A stretch of DNA of 64,000 bases, from assembly GCA_001786575.1 (NCBI GenBank), contig MFRW01000005.1:23581-87580 (forward strand), in the 5' to 3' direction. Under the pieces are notes generated by a model. That model saw only the letters and a list, made by a program, of their open reading frames with translations. It made no database searches and was not told where the DNA came from. Below, one piece after another: positions 44,112-53,866 of this stretch. A program made the position numbers and the translations under genes. The stretch's first letter is position 1. Every line of letters starts with the position of its first letter. The DNA comes from Candidatus Moranbacteria bacterium RIFCSPHIGHO2_01_FULL_55_24 (GTDB taxonomy: Bacteria; Patescibacteriota; Minisyncoccia; Moranbacterales; UBA1568).

Positions 44112-46655
44112 ATGGATTGGAAACGTTTCGCACTTGAAGACCGGGAGGGCATGTTTGCCGAGTACGGCAGCGGTTCTTCTGGGTTGAGCTTGAAAGAGGC
44201 TCATCTGCGTTTGGAACGCTATGGCAAGAATGCTCTCGAGCCGAAACACTCGATTTTTCTGGAAATACTGAAACGGCGTTTCCGTTCGGCTTTCCTCTAC
44301 CTCCTCCTTGCGGCAGCAGCACTCTCCTTTTTCCTGGGGCAGTTCTTCGAAGCGCTGCTGATCCTCGTGTTCGTCGGCATAAACGTGTCTTTGGAAGTGT
44401 ATCAGGAGTACCACTCGGAAGAAGCGGCCAAGCTTCTGAAGCGTTACCTGGTTATCCGCTCCCGAGTGCGCCGTGCCGGAAAAGTGATGACGATAGAAAG
44501 TTCCCAGATCGTGCCGGGGGATATCATCCTGCTTGAGGTCGGGGATCGTCTGCCGGCAGATGTGCGTTTCTTGGAAACGGCGTTTCTGGAGATAGATGAG
44601 AGCCTCATAACAGGGGAATCCATCGCGGTTTCCAAGACGGATAAGCTCCTGCCGGTGCCGCCTCTCGAGATGTACGAAGCCGCGAATATCGGCTTTGCCG
44701 GAACGGTCGTGACGCATGGGCGCGGCGAAGGCATCGTGTTCGCGACGGGAGATGAGACAGCGCTCGGCGATATCGCGCACCTTGCCGAAACGACCGAGCG
44801 CGAAACGGTATTCGAGAAGGAGATAACGCAATTCAGCCGCTTCATCCTGAAACTGGTTTTCTTCACGCTTGCCATTATCTTCATCGCGAACATCTTCATC
44901 AAGGGCAGCGAAGTGAATGCCATCGAGTTCCTCGTCTTCACGCTGGCCCTCGCGGTATCCGTCGTTCCCGAGGCGCTTCCAGTGATCCTGACGGTTGCAC
45001 TCTCGCGCGGAGCGCTCCGTTTGGCGCAGAAAAAAGTGATCGTCAAGCGCCTGTCGGCCATCGAAGATCTCGGAAGCATCGAAGTGCTCTGCACGGACAA
45101 GACCGGGACGCTGACGGAGAATCTCCTTTCCGTGAGAGATGTCTTTTCAGAAAAGAAGGAACATTGCCTGGAAGCGGCGTTCCTGGCCTGTCTCGAAGTA
45201 CCGGAGAAGCGGGGACTGCTCCACGATGCCTTCGATCTCGCGCTCTGGCAGAAGCTTTCGCACGCGAAGCGCGAAGAACTCGCTTCACAGGAACGCTACG
45301 AAGTGCTTCCCTTCGATCCTGCACGGCGGCGGAATGGCGTGGTGGCAGACGTTCAGGGGGAAACGAGGCTTATCGTCCGAGGCGCTCCGGAAGAAGTGTT
45401 CCGGCTCTGTCGCGATGTGGATCTCTACCACGAACGGAGCCTCATGCAGTGGGTGAAGGAAGCCGGCCGCAGGGGAGAGCGGGTGCTCGCAGTCGCTTCC
45501 AAGACGCTTCCCCGGTATGAGCGCGGGAAGGTCCACGAAGACCATCTGGAATTCCTGGGACTCATCAGTTTTTCGGATAGCCTGAAGCCGACAGCGATCC
45601 AGACGATAGAGCGGGCCCGCGCGCTCGGCGTCCAAGTGAAGATCCTGACCGGTGATGGCCGGGAAGTGGCAGGCGCGGTCGGATATGCTATCGGACTCCT
45701 TTCCGATCCGGAGCAGGCGCTGACCTGGAAGGATCTGGAGGCCATGTCCCCCATCGAGCGCCGGGAAGCGGTGTTTCGGGGATCCGTTTTCGCTCGGGTC
45801 TCGCCTCGGGAAAAATACGAAATCCTGAAGATTCTCAAAGAGAAGCACGAGGTCGGATTCTTAGGCGAGGGAATCAATGACGCTCCAGTACTCAAGCTCG
45901 CGAATGTCGCCCTGGTGGTTTCGCACGCGTCGGATATCGCCCGGGAAGCCGCCGACGTGGTTCTGCTTGATAAGAATCTCGAGACGATCATCGATGGCAT
46001 CGGCGAGGGCCGCAAGATCTTCGCGAATATCCTGAAGTATCTGAAGATCACGCTCACTTCGAATTTCGGGAATTTCTATTCAGTCGCGCTCGCGTCTCTC
46101 ATGCTTCCCTTCGTACCGCTTCTCCCGACCCAGATCCTCCTTCTGAACCTGCTTTCGGATTTCCCGATGATCGCCATCGCGACCGATAACGTAGATACCG
46201 AAGAGTTGGAGATGCCGAAGAATTACCAGGTGCATTCTATCGTGCTCTTCGCTACTTTTTTCGGAATCATCAGTTCCGTCTTCGATTTCACATTGTTCGG
46301 GATCTTCGCGCAGTTCTCGGAAGCGACACTCCAGACCGCCTGGTTCCTCTTGAGCATCGCGACAGAGATCGTCCTCATCTTCTCGCTCCGCTCGAGGAAG
46401 CCTTTTTTCCGGGCAAAGCGGCCGCCGTTCCTCCTGCTCTACCTCTCTCTCGTCGTATTCGCCATAGCGTTCGCGCTGCCATTCACGCCGTTCGGCGACC
46501 GGCTCGGCTTCATCCAGCCGAATCCGTTCTTCCTGCTTCTGGTGGTGGCGCTGGTTGCCGCCTACTTCTTCGCGACCGAGGCCCTGAAGCGTTTCTATTA
46601 CCAGCATTTCCAGGAAGGCCGCTTCGCTTTCGATCCGAAAGCCGATTCCCGTTAG
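44112..46655 (+). CDS. P-type cation-transporting ATPase, MgtA-like
   Basis: TGES, VPEALP, CTDKTGTLT, LPFD, RGAPE, TGD, GEGINDAP, SNFGN. Confidence 0.9.
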   Translation: MDWKRFALEDREGMFAEYGSGSSGLSLKEAHLRLERYGKNALEPKHSIFLEILKRRFRSAFLYLLLAAAALSFFLGQFFEALLILVFVGINVSLEVYQEYHSEEAAKLLKRYLVIRSRVRRAGKVMTIESSQIVPGDIILLEVGDRLPADVRFLETAFLEIDESLITGESIAVSKTDKLLPVPPLEMYEAANIGFAGTVVTHGRGEGIVFATGDETALGDIAHLAETTERETVFEKEITQFSRFILKLVFFTLAIIFIANIFIKGSEVNAIEFLVFTLALAVSVVPEALPVILTVALSRGALRLAQKKVIVKRLSAIEDLGSIEVLCTDKTGTLTENLLSVRDVFSEKKEHCLEAAFLACLEVPEKRGLLHDAFDLALWQKLSHAKREELASQERYEVLPFDPARRRNGVVADVQGETRLIVRGAPEEVFRLCRDVDLYHERSLMQWVKEAGRRGERVLAVASKTLPRYERGKVHEDHLEFLGLISFSDSLKPTAIQTIERARALGVQVKILTGDGREVAGAVGYAIGLLSDPEQALTWKDLEAMSPIERREAVFRGSVFARVSPREKYEILKILKEKHEVGFLGEGINDAPVLKLANVALVVSHASDIAREAADVVLLDKNLETIIDGIGEGRKIFANILKYLKITLTSNFGNFYSVALASLMLPFVPLLPTQILLLNLLSDFPMIAIATDNVDTEELEMPKNYQVHSIVLFATFFGIISSVFDFTLFGIFAQFSEATLQTAWFLLSIATEIVLIFSLRSRKPFFRAKRPPFLLLYLSLVVFAIAFALPFTPFGDRLGFIQPNPFFLLLVVALVAAYFFATEALKRFYYQHFQEGRFAFDPKADSR

Positions 46656-46666
46656 CGCGGGCAAAG

Positions 46667-46698
46667 AAAAACAGGAGAGCTATCTCCTGTTTTTTTTA
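46667..46698. terminator. Bidirectional intrinsic terminator
   Basis: AAAAACAGGAGA-gcta-TCTCCTGTTTTT between convergent genes. Confidence 0.75.
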
Positions 46699-46716
46699 TT
46701 CCTTCCTTTCCGGAAT

Positions 46717-47985
46717 CTAGAGCCGTTCCCGGGTTTCCTTTTCCAGGAGCATCCGCGTTTCTTCGAGAGAGAGCGTACCGAGAGATCCCCGGTCCCGATG
46801 CTCGACGGCGAGCGCGCTCGCTTCGACTTCCTTGTCGCCGATCACGAGAAGGTAGGGGATTTTCGCAAGCTTCGCATTTCGGACCCGCTTCCCGAGGGAT
46901 TCGTCGCTCTGGTCCAGTTCAGTGCGGATACCGGCGGTGCGAAGCTTCTTGTCTATGTCTTCTGCGAAGCCGCGATGCTTTTCTCCTATGGGGAGGATGA
47001 CTGCCTGCACCGGCGCGAGCCAGAGCGGGAAAGCTCCGGCATAGTGTTCGATCAGGAAGGCCATGACGCGCTCTACGGCACCGATAGATGAGCGGTGGAT
47101 GACAATCGGACGCTTCTCTTGGCCATCCGCATCGATGTAGGTGAGATCGAAGCGGTCCGGCATGCAGAAATCATACTGGACGGTGAATGCCGTGTTTTCT
47201 TTGCCGCGAGCGTCTTTCATCTGGATGTCGATTTTCGGCCCGTAAAAAGCAGCCTCTCCGGATGCTTCAGTAAAGGTGCCTTGGCGCTTCTTCAAGACTG
47301 AACGGAGCAAGGCTTCACCTTCGTCCCAGGCTGCATCGTTCTTGTAGTATTTTTTGTCGTCAGTCCTATCGCCCAGAGAGAGACGGTACCAGTAATCTTC
47401 TCCCAGCTTGAGCCCGAAGACGGAAGATATGTGTTCGATAAGATCGAGCGCGCCTCCGACTTCTTCGGCGGCTTGTTCTTTGTCTTTGCAGATAATGTGC
47501 GCATCGGCGAGACAGAAGCTGCGGACCCGGACGAGGCCGGACAGCTCGCCGGAGCCTTCATAGCGGTAGAGTTTGGCGAGCTCGGCGATCCGCATGGGAA
47601 GTTCCCGGTAGCTCCTCGGCCGGTCGAGGTAGAGCTGGAAGTGGTGCGGGCATGTCATGGGACGGAGCATGAACTCGTGCTCGTCGATCACGATCGGCGC
47701 ATACATCGAATCCTTGTAGTACGGGTAATGGCCGGAAGTCTTGTAGAGGTCGAGTTTGGCGATGTCCGGGGTATAGACATGACTGTACCCCCAGGCGATT
47801 TCGGTGTCGACGATGAAACGCTCTAAGATACGGCGGATCGTGGCGCCCTTCGGGAGCCAGAGAGGGAGGCCGGATCCGACCAGATCGGAGAATGTGAAAA
47901 GCTCGAGCTCTTTCCCGAGACGGCGATGGTCGTTCGGAGCGAGCGAATCAGCTTCTTCGAGTTTTTTCTCGTCATGAGAGGACAT
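46717..47985 (-). CDS. thrS: Threonine-tRNA ligase, short form (catalytic and anticodon domains only)
   Basis: DHRRLGKELELF, TSGH, RPMTCPHH, YRYEGSG, DAH, GEAAFYGPKID, IHR, GAFPLWLAPVQ; 422 aa. Confidence 0.95.
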   Translation of the reverse strand: MSSHDEKKLEEADSLAPNDHRRLGKELELFTFSDLVGSGLPLWLPKGATIRRILERFIVDTEIAWGYSHVYTPDIAKLDLYKTSGHYPYYKDSMYAPIVIDEHEFMLRPMTCPHHFQLYLDRPRSYRELPMRIAELAKLYRYEGSGELSGLVRVRSFCLADAHIICKDKEQAAEEVGGALDLIEHISSVFGLKLGEDYWYRLSLGDRTDDKKYYKNDAAWDEGEALLRSVLKKRQGTFTEASGEAAFYGPKIDIQMKDARGKENTAFTVQYDFCMPDRFDLTYIDADGQEKRPIVIHRSSIGAVERVMAFLIEHYAGAFPLWLAPVQAVILPIGEKHRGFAEDIDKKLRTAGIRTELDQSDESLGKRVRNAKLAKIPYLLVIGDKEVEASALAVEHRDRGSLGTLSLEETRMLLEKETRERL

Positions 47986-48013
47986 AAGTGTTCGGTCAGC
48001 GGATTATTCTGGA

Positions 48014-49423
48014 TTACTTCTTCGCGTCTACGGTCTGGAAGGTGAAGTTGAGGTCTTTCACGAGGTCGGTCTCGTAGTCGTAAGTCTTGCCTTTGGTGAT
48101 GACGTGAACTTTGGTCGGGATAGTGCCGACACCGGACTGCTTCTGGATGAGGAGAGTGTAGTTTTCCGGCTTGATAGTATCGGGGAGCTCGTATTTGAGC
48201 GTAGTGTGGACGTCGCTCTGGCCGATCTCTACGTCGACGAATCCGCCGAAGTACGTCTTGCCGAGATCTTCATTGGTGAGGACGGCATTGATCATGAAGC
48301 GTTCCAGGAATTTGGAGCCCTTCGGGACGAAGGCACGGAGATAGGTGTGATAGTCGCTGGTGCGCCAGTCGCCGTAGGGGGCGGTATTCTGGTAGGTCTG
48401 GACGACAGTCGCTATCGGCTTCTCGCCCGTGAAATCCACGGTGTACTCCAGCGAGCGCTTGATGTAGTAGTCGGTCTTGAGCGCGCCCATGTTGGCATCG
48501 ACGAGCATCAGGTAGTCGCCGTTCCAATCGGTCACGACAGACCCGTCCCAGTGCACGCTTTTCACGAGCGCTTGGAGATTCTCGTCCTTGAAGTGGAGCA
48601 TGACGTTCTTGTTGCGAAGCTCGGTCAGTCCCAGCTCGGCCACTTTGGGGATGTTCCCGATGGTGGCGAGGCGGCTTAGCATCTCGGCTGCGAGTTTCTT
48701 CATGATGGCCTTGCGGTTCTGCTTGAGTTCCGCTGGGACGTCTTCGCCTAGGTAGGACTTCTCAACGACCTCCTCGAGCTTCAGCGCTCCGCCCTCGCTT
48801 GAAAACGTCGTCGAATAGCCGGCCGGAGTGATCGGCCCGGTCAATCCCAAGAGATGGTCGAAAACATCGCTGTTGACCGCGATAGTGCCGTCGAATTGTT
48901 CCCGGCCGCCGGCGAGACGGTAGAAGTACTCGGCCTTCTCCGCATTCGTAGGGAAATCCGGAGAGAAATTGGAGTCGCGGAATTTCCATTTCTTCAGCTG
49001 CATCTTGCGGGTGAAGGGATAGGGAGGAGTAATCTTCGCTTCGATGCGCTGATCGAGGAGGTTGGCGTCTTCGACCAAGTGGTAGATGACTTCGCCGTTC
49101 TTGATCTTGATGACGGCGTATTGGCCGAGGAAACCGCCGCCCGGCCGCAGCTCGTAGTTGTTCTGAAGCATCACCAGGTACGTGCGGGTGACATCGTCTT
49201 TCTTGGTCAGCTCGGAAACCAGCTTGTCGATCACCTCTATCTCCTTCTTCGTGTCCGGGGAAATCGGGAGGAGCTGGGAGACTTTCTGGAAGAGATTCAG
49301 TCCGCCTGCGGCGAATTCCGTCTTATGGCTTTTGGCATAGAAAAAGAACGAGACACCGGCCACGATGAGAGCGGCAACGATGCCTAGCACAATAAGGCGT
49401 TTCTTCGTGAAAAACGATTGCAT
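48014..49423 (-). CDS. DUF4012 domain membrane-anchored protein
   Basis: N-terminal TM, YLVMLQNNYELRPGGGFLG, RDSNFSPDFP, NMGALKTD, Y.LLIQKQSG. Confidence 0.85.
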   Translation of the reverse strand: MQSFFTKKRLIVLGIVAALIVAGVSFFFYAKSHKTEFAAGGLNLFQKVSQLLPISPDTKKEIEVIDKLVSELTKKDDVTRTYLVMLQNNYELRPGGGFLGQYAVIKIKNGEVIYHLVEDANLLDQRIEAKITPPYPFTRKMQLKKWKFRDSNFSPDFPTNAEKAEYFYRLAGGREQFDGTIAVNSDVFDHLLGLTGPITPAGYSTTFSSEGGALKLEEVVEKSYLGEDVPAELKQNRKAIMKKLAAEMLSRLATIGNIPKVAELGLTELRNKNVMLHFKDENLQALVKSVHWDGSVVTDWNGDYLMLVDANMGALKTDYYIKRSLEYTVDFTGEKPIATVVQTYQNTAPYGDWRTSDYHTYLRAFVPKGSKFLERFMINAVLTNEDLGKTYFGGFVDVEIGQSDVHTTLKYELPDTIKPENYTLLIQKQSGVGTIPTKVHVITKGKTYDYETDLVKDLNFTFQTVDAKK

Positions 49424-49535
49424 GAAAGTATGACAAGAAAAATTATACTTTTCAATCCTACCAAATTTCCCCGTCATTGGAAAGCTTTGCGAAGAAAGTT
49501 TTTTGGAGTACAATGGCTTCAATAAAGGAAGGAAT

Positions 49536-49606
49536 GCGGAATTAGTACAATGGCAGTACACTAGCTTCCCAAGCTAGGGACGCGAGTTCGATTCTCGTAT
49601 TCCGCT
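49536..49606 (+). tRNA. tRNA-Gly(CCC)
   Basis: GCGGAAT/ATTCCGC acceptor stem, CTAGC-TT-CCC-AA-GCTAG anticodon arm, AGTTCGATTCT. Confidence 0.96.
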
Positions 49607-49702
49607 CAAGGTTTTCGGGTTCTCCGCCTGCAGCGCTCTGCGTAGCAGCGCGGGCAGGGGTTCCCGTTACCCGCTCTATAATTCGTTATCTTACATAAGG
49701 CT

Positions 49703-50401
49703 ATGAACAGCACCGCTCTCATCAAAAGCGCTTGGGAGACCTTGAAGAAGCATATTTTTTTCGTGTGGATAGTCTTGGGAATCACCTGGGGCATCTCGCT
49801 TTTCTTCAGTCTTTTGGAAAAGAACTTCCAACACTCGGCGCTTGAGCCGTTCTTCGGGATACTCTCGTTCTTCGCCATGTTCTTTCTTCAGCTGGGATCG
49901 ATCCATATGTTCCTCCATCTGGTACGGACCGGCGAGGAACTGTCGCTGGAGCATCTCTTCTCGCAGAGAGAGATTTTCTGGAGGGCAATTCTCTCGAACA
50001 TCCTCTATTATCTGATGGTGATTATCGGTTTGATTTTCCTCATCGTTCCCGGCATTTACCTCGGCCTTCGCTACTATTTCCTCTCATACGTCTTCGTGGA
50101 CAAGAAAACCTCTATCGGAGAAGCGTTTTCCCAGAGCAGCAAATTGACAGAGGGGAAGAAGTGGGATCTGTTCGGTTTCTTCCTGCTGCTCATCGCCTTG
50201 AATATCTTGGGAGCACTTCTCTTTCTCGTGGGTCTCGTCGTGACCATCCCGCTTACCACGCTTGCGATCGTCTACGCCTATGTTTCTCTGGCTGGCGGAC
50301 CGAAAGAAGAGGAAAAGGTAGAAGAGGCCGAGCCGGCACCGAAAGAAGAAGTACTGCCAGAAGAGCCGGGAATAGGGCTCGAGTCGCCGGTGAAGATCTA
50401 A
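49703..50401 (+). CDS. DUF975-like integral membrane protein
   Basis: Multiple TM helices, LIFLIVPGIYL..RY, AF..S.KLT.GKKW.LF, VGLVVTIP. Confidence 0.78.
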   Translation: MNSTALIKSAWETLKKHIFFVWIVLGITWGISLFFSLLEKNFQHSALEPFFGILSFFAMFFLQLGSIHMFLHLVRTGEELSLEHLFSQREIFWRAILSNILYYLMVIIGLIFLIVPGIYLGLRYYFLSYVFVDKKTSIGEAFSQSSKLTEGKKWDLFGFFLLLIALNILGALLFLVGLVVTIPLTTLAIVYAYVSLAGGPKEEEKVEEAEPAPKEEVLPEEPGIGLESPVKI

Positions 50402-52317
50402 CGGGTTTCGAGGCGGTTTATCAGAGCATTGAGCCTTTCATTGAGCGCTTCCAGAAGGAAACTTCCGGGAGCGCTTTTTGCATGTTCCACATCTGATACT
50501 CTTTCTGCCGCTTCCGGCTGATAGGAAACACCTTGAGGAAGCTTGAGGCCTGTACCGGAGGAGAGAAGCGCTTCAGGATTTTTGGTCCGGAACGGGTCGA
50601 TCTCTATCCGGAGCACCGGTTCCATTTCTGGGGATTCTGCCGCTACTCCGAGGACGGCGCTCGTGAAACTTTCCTCGGAATCTTCAAGGCTTTCCTCCTG
50701 GGTCTCTTCAGTTGCTGCGAGCCGGACAGCATCCGAAGCGGCTCCCTTCTGCCAGCTCCAGCGTTTCTCGGCGTCTTTCACATATACGATACCTTCTTCG
50801 ATATTCTTTGCGGATGCGTAGCGTACCTTGTCTATGGTTTCGCCATTCGGTGCGCGGAGTTCGACACGACCTTTCTTGTTGGGGAGGGTAAAGAGAGCTG
50901 TTTCTCTGGTGAGGGTGATCTCGCTTTTCGGGCTGATGACGATATCCTCGCGGATAGGGTGATTCACGATTTTTTTCGAACTCGCTCCGGTCGCGATGCC
51001 GAAGCCTTTGAGATTCACCGATTTCTTCTCTTTGTTCTCTACGCGGAGCCATTCATTCTCGCTGTCCTTTCCTTCCGGGTTGGGGGCGATGGCGGTCAGG
51101 CGGAGCTTCGGCGGATCATAGGTTCCGATTTCTAGAGGGAACATCTCGACGGTCTCGTCCTGGCCATCGGAAACGGACAATCGGACCAGATAAGCGCCTT
51201 TTTTCTCGTACCTGTGTTCGGTTTTTTCTTTGTAGCTTTTGCGGCCATCTCCGAAATCCCAGACAACATTGAGCTTCCCTTCGTCAGGATCCTCGGCGCG
51301 CGCATCGAAGAGTACCGGGATATCCACGTATCCTTTCCGCGGTACTTTCTCATGGGTTTCCGGAAGCGCGTTGTACCGGTTCGGCGCACCGGGCGTCGGG
51401 GTCCCTCCGCGCCAGCTTCCATCGAGGAAATTCAGGGAAACGCCTGCTCTGGTTTTCGTGTAAGCCATCCGATCAATCGGGTTTCCTGCCGGATCCGAGA
51501 GTAGGACGGTCTCATTGCTGTTATTCAAAGCGAAGGAGAAGTCTTTGCGCCAAATGACGAGGTAGCGCCCCGGTTCAAGTACGCTCCCGCTCGGGAAAAC
51601 ATACTTGCCGGTTTTGGAAGCGTCCTTCAGGGTAAAGCCCGAAAGGTCGAGAGGAGCTTCGCTCGCAGAGTAGAGCTCGATGAATTCTTGCGAGCCCTCG
51701 TCTCCTTCCGGATCAGGAAGGATTTCGTTGATCCGGATGCCGGAGACATCTTGCGGTGCGGAAGGAATATCCTCCGGATCTTCCGGAGGGCAGCCGGAGC
51801 TTCCGGCGGGGGTCGGCGTACTCGAGAGGGACCAATCGAGCGTTTCGCGGTTACGGACGAGACTCTGGTTCGCGAGCGGGTTCGGCAGCGGCGCGTCTTT
51901 TCCCCAGGCCAGGGAATCGACGAGGGCCCCGCCTGATTTCTCCGGAGCGAAAAGAAGGAGAGCATAGTCTGAAGAGAGTGTCGCGCCGGTCGCAGTATCG
52001 GCAAGCGGGGCGAAGACTCCTTTGCTATTGGCCCAGAGGAAATATCCGCCGGGAGGGACGCAACTTCCCGCATCGAATACCTTGATGGAATTCTCGGTAC
52101 CCTTGCTGTTCCGAGAACGGAGGCGGAATCCGGATATATCCGCAGCCGCTTCATTCGGATTATGAAGCTCGACGAAGTCATCGTCGCTCTTGCCTTGGCC
52201 TCCGGTTATATGGACTTCAGAGATGATTACGGGATTTCCGGCTGTGGCTGCTTGCGGCAGAAAGAAAAAAAGCAAAAAGAAGAAGATGTCCCTCCGCATA
52301 CGTTTATTTTTCATCAT
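50398..52317 (-). CDS. Secreted lamin-tail-domain (x3) plus PKD domain protein
   Basis: Signal peptide; IISEV..DFVELHN, IRINEILPDP..EFIELY, PNP..EWLRVEN; PTPG; PKD motif WDFGDG..HRY. Start may be 52299-52317. Confidence 0.82.
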   Translation of the reverse strand: MMKNKRMRRDIFFFLLFFFLPQAATAGNPVIISEVHITGGQGKSDDDFVELHNPNEAAADISGFRLRSRNSKGTENSIKVFDAGSCVPPGGYFLWANSKGVFAPLADTATGATLSSDYALLLFAPEKSGGALVDSLAWGKDAPLPNPLANQSLVRNRETLDWSLSSTPTPAGSSGCPPEDPEDIPSAPQDVSGIRINEILPDPEGDEGSQEFIELYSASEAPLDLSGFTLKDASKTGKYVFPSGSVLEPGRYLVIWRKDFSFALNNSNETVLLSDPAGNPIDRMAYTKTRAGVSLNFLDGSWRGGTPTPGAPNRYNALPETHEKVPRKGYVDIPVLFDARAEDPDEGKLNVVWDFGDGRKSYKEKTEHRYEKKGAYLVRLSVSDGQDETVEMFPLEIGTYDPPKLRLTAIAPNPEGKDSENEWLRVENKEKKSVNLKGFGIATGASSKKIVNHPIREDIVISPKSEITLTRETALFTLPNKKGRVELRAPNGETIDKVRYASAKNIEEGIVYVKDAEKRWSWQKGAASDAVRLAATEETQEESLEDSEESFTSAVLGVAAESPEMEPVLRIEIDPFRTKNPEALLSSGTGLKLPQGVSYQPEAAERVSDVEHAKSAPGSFLLEALNERLNALINRLETR

Positions 52318-52402
52318 AATAGCGCAAAGACGCTGAAAAAGCTTGCTTTGAAGCCAATTTTATGCTATTATAGGTATGTGAAGCTCTTAACAAAGCGGAA
52401 AT

Positions 52403-52744
52403 ATGCCGATTTTCGGTAAAAAGAAAAACGAAGAGACAGAAGAGGGAAGCGCCCTCGGCAAACTCCTTATCGGGGTTGTCACGACGTTCTTCTTCGGCCG
52501 CATCAGCAGTTTCTTCGCAGAGCTTCTGGAAACCGCGAAGGATGTGACGGATGAGTATATCCGTCGTCTCGTACGCAGTCTCACCCTTGCGATCGCCGCA
52601 TTGACCGGAGTCGTCTTCCTCTTGATCGGCGTCGCGCAGTACTTGAGCAGCCTCTATAGGCAGCCGGGAAGCGGTGAGATGATCGTCGGGGTGACGCTCC
52701 TCCTCATCTCGCTCGTATGGTTCTCCATTCCGGGAAGAAAATAA
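52403..52744 (+). CDS. Small membrane protein (YqjE/holin-like topology)
   Basis: Amphipathic N-terminal part followed by two TM helices; adjacent to a DUF883-like gene. Confidence 0.6.
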   Translation: MPIFGKKKNEETEEGSALGKLLIGVVTTFFFGRISSFFAELLETAKDVTDEYIRRLVRSLTLAIAALTGVVFLLIGVAQYLSSLYRQPGSGEMIVGVTLLLISLVWFSIPGRK

Positions 52745-52777
52745 GTAAAAATAATAATTTCATAATAGAAAAGCGTT

Positions 52778-53029
52778 ATGGCTATTCTGGGAAAGGCGAC
52801 AGCTAAAGAAGTGAAGGACAAGGTGGCTTCTGAAATCGAGAAGAACAAGGCGAAGGCCGAAAAGGAAATCGCAAAAGTACGGAAACAAGTCGAGGCAACT
52901 ATCAAGAAGACCGACGACTATATCAAAAAGAACCCGGAAAAAGCCGCTCTCATCTCGGCTGGTATCGGCGCCGCGCTCGGTGCTGCGACCGCTCTCCTTC
53001 TCGGAGGCAATAACAAGAAGAAGCGCTAA
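52778..53029 (+). CDS. DUF883/ElaB-YqjD-like tail-anchored protein
   Basis: Lys/Glu-rich helix, DDYIKKNP..A..I.AGIG C-terminal TM, basic tail. Confidence 0.75.
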   Translation: MAILGKATAKEVKDKVASEIEKNKAKAEKEIAKVRKQVEATIKKTDDYIKKNPEKAALISAGIGAALGAATALLLGGNNKKKR

Positions 53030-53097
53030 ACATCCTCTGATTTTCTCAAACCCCCTCATAAACCAGGGGGTTTTCTTTTTCGCGGTATACTAGGGAT

Positions 53098-53865
53098 ATG
53101 CAAAAGAAAGTTACTGTCATTCTCGGAAGCGTCGTTTCTCTCGCCGTTCTTGCGGCGGGCGGCTTCTTTCTCTTCTCCGGTGCGCGGCAAGGGAAGGCGC
53201 TGGTCTATGAGAATACTTCTGGAGGCTTGGAAACAGAGGTCGCAGAAGCGGAAGACAGCGGAGCGGAAGAGGAGAAGGCTCTGCCTGCGGAAGCAGTAGA
53301 ATCAGTTTCGAAAAAAGATGAGGCGAAGACCGAAGAAAGCGCGCCGCCTTCAGTTGAGGAAAACGTAAAGGAAACGCAGCCGGCTTCCCGAAATGGGGCC
53401 AAACCGTCCATTACTGACCGCCTTATGCATTCCGGGTTTTCTTCGAAAAGCGGCCGCTCGATCGATACGATCGTCCTTCATTCCTCGTATGACGCGCTCG
53501 GGAATGACCCGTATTCGGTGTCGGGGCTCATCAAGGAATATGAAGAGTACGGCGTGAGCGCGCATTACCTCGTTGATCGCAAGGGGAACATCTACCGGCT
53601 GGTGAAGGAGGAGAACGTCAGCTATCATGCGGGCGTGAGCAAGATGTCAGATGGCCGGACCGATGTGAACGGCTTCTCGCTCGGGATCGAGCTCATGAAC
53701 CAGATGGACGGGAATTACACGGATGCCCAGTATCAGGCGGTAAACAGGCTGGTCGCCTGGCTCAAAAGCGAGTATCCGATACGGCATGTGGTCGGGCATG
53801 ATGATATCGCGCCGGACAGAAAGAGTGATCCGTGGAATTTCGATTGGAAGAAACTGAAGAAATAA
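53098..53865 (+). CDS. Membrane-anchored N-acetylmuramoyl-L-alanine amidase (Amidase_2/AmpD type)
   Basis: N-terminal TM, acidic linker, IVLHS, VSAHYLV, YHAG, SLGIEL, VGHDDIAPDRKSDP. Confidence 0.9.
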   Translation: MQKKVTVILGSVVSLAVLAAGGFFLFSGARQGKALVYENTSGGLETEVAEAEDSGAEEEKALPAEAVESVSKKDEAKTEESAPPSVEENVKETQPASRNGAKPSITDRLMHSGFSSKSGRSIDTIVLHSSYDALGNDPYSVSGLIKEYEEYGVSAHYLVDRKGNIYRLVKEENVSYHAGVSKMSDGRTDVNGFSLGIELMNQMDGNYTDAQYQAVNRLVAWLKSEYPIRHVVGHDDIAPDRKSDPWNFDWKKLKK

Positions 53866-53866
53866 T

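Noticed and set aside
52403-53865. Holin plus amidase as a prophage lysis cassette
   Set aside because: No phage genes nearby; the membrane protein pairs with a DUF883-like gene, and the amidase follows a terminator-like hairpin and has its own -10 box
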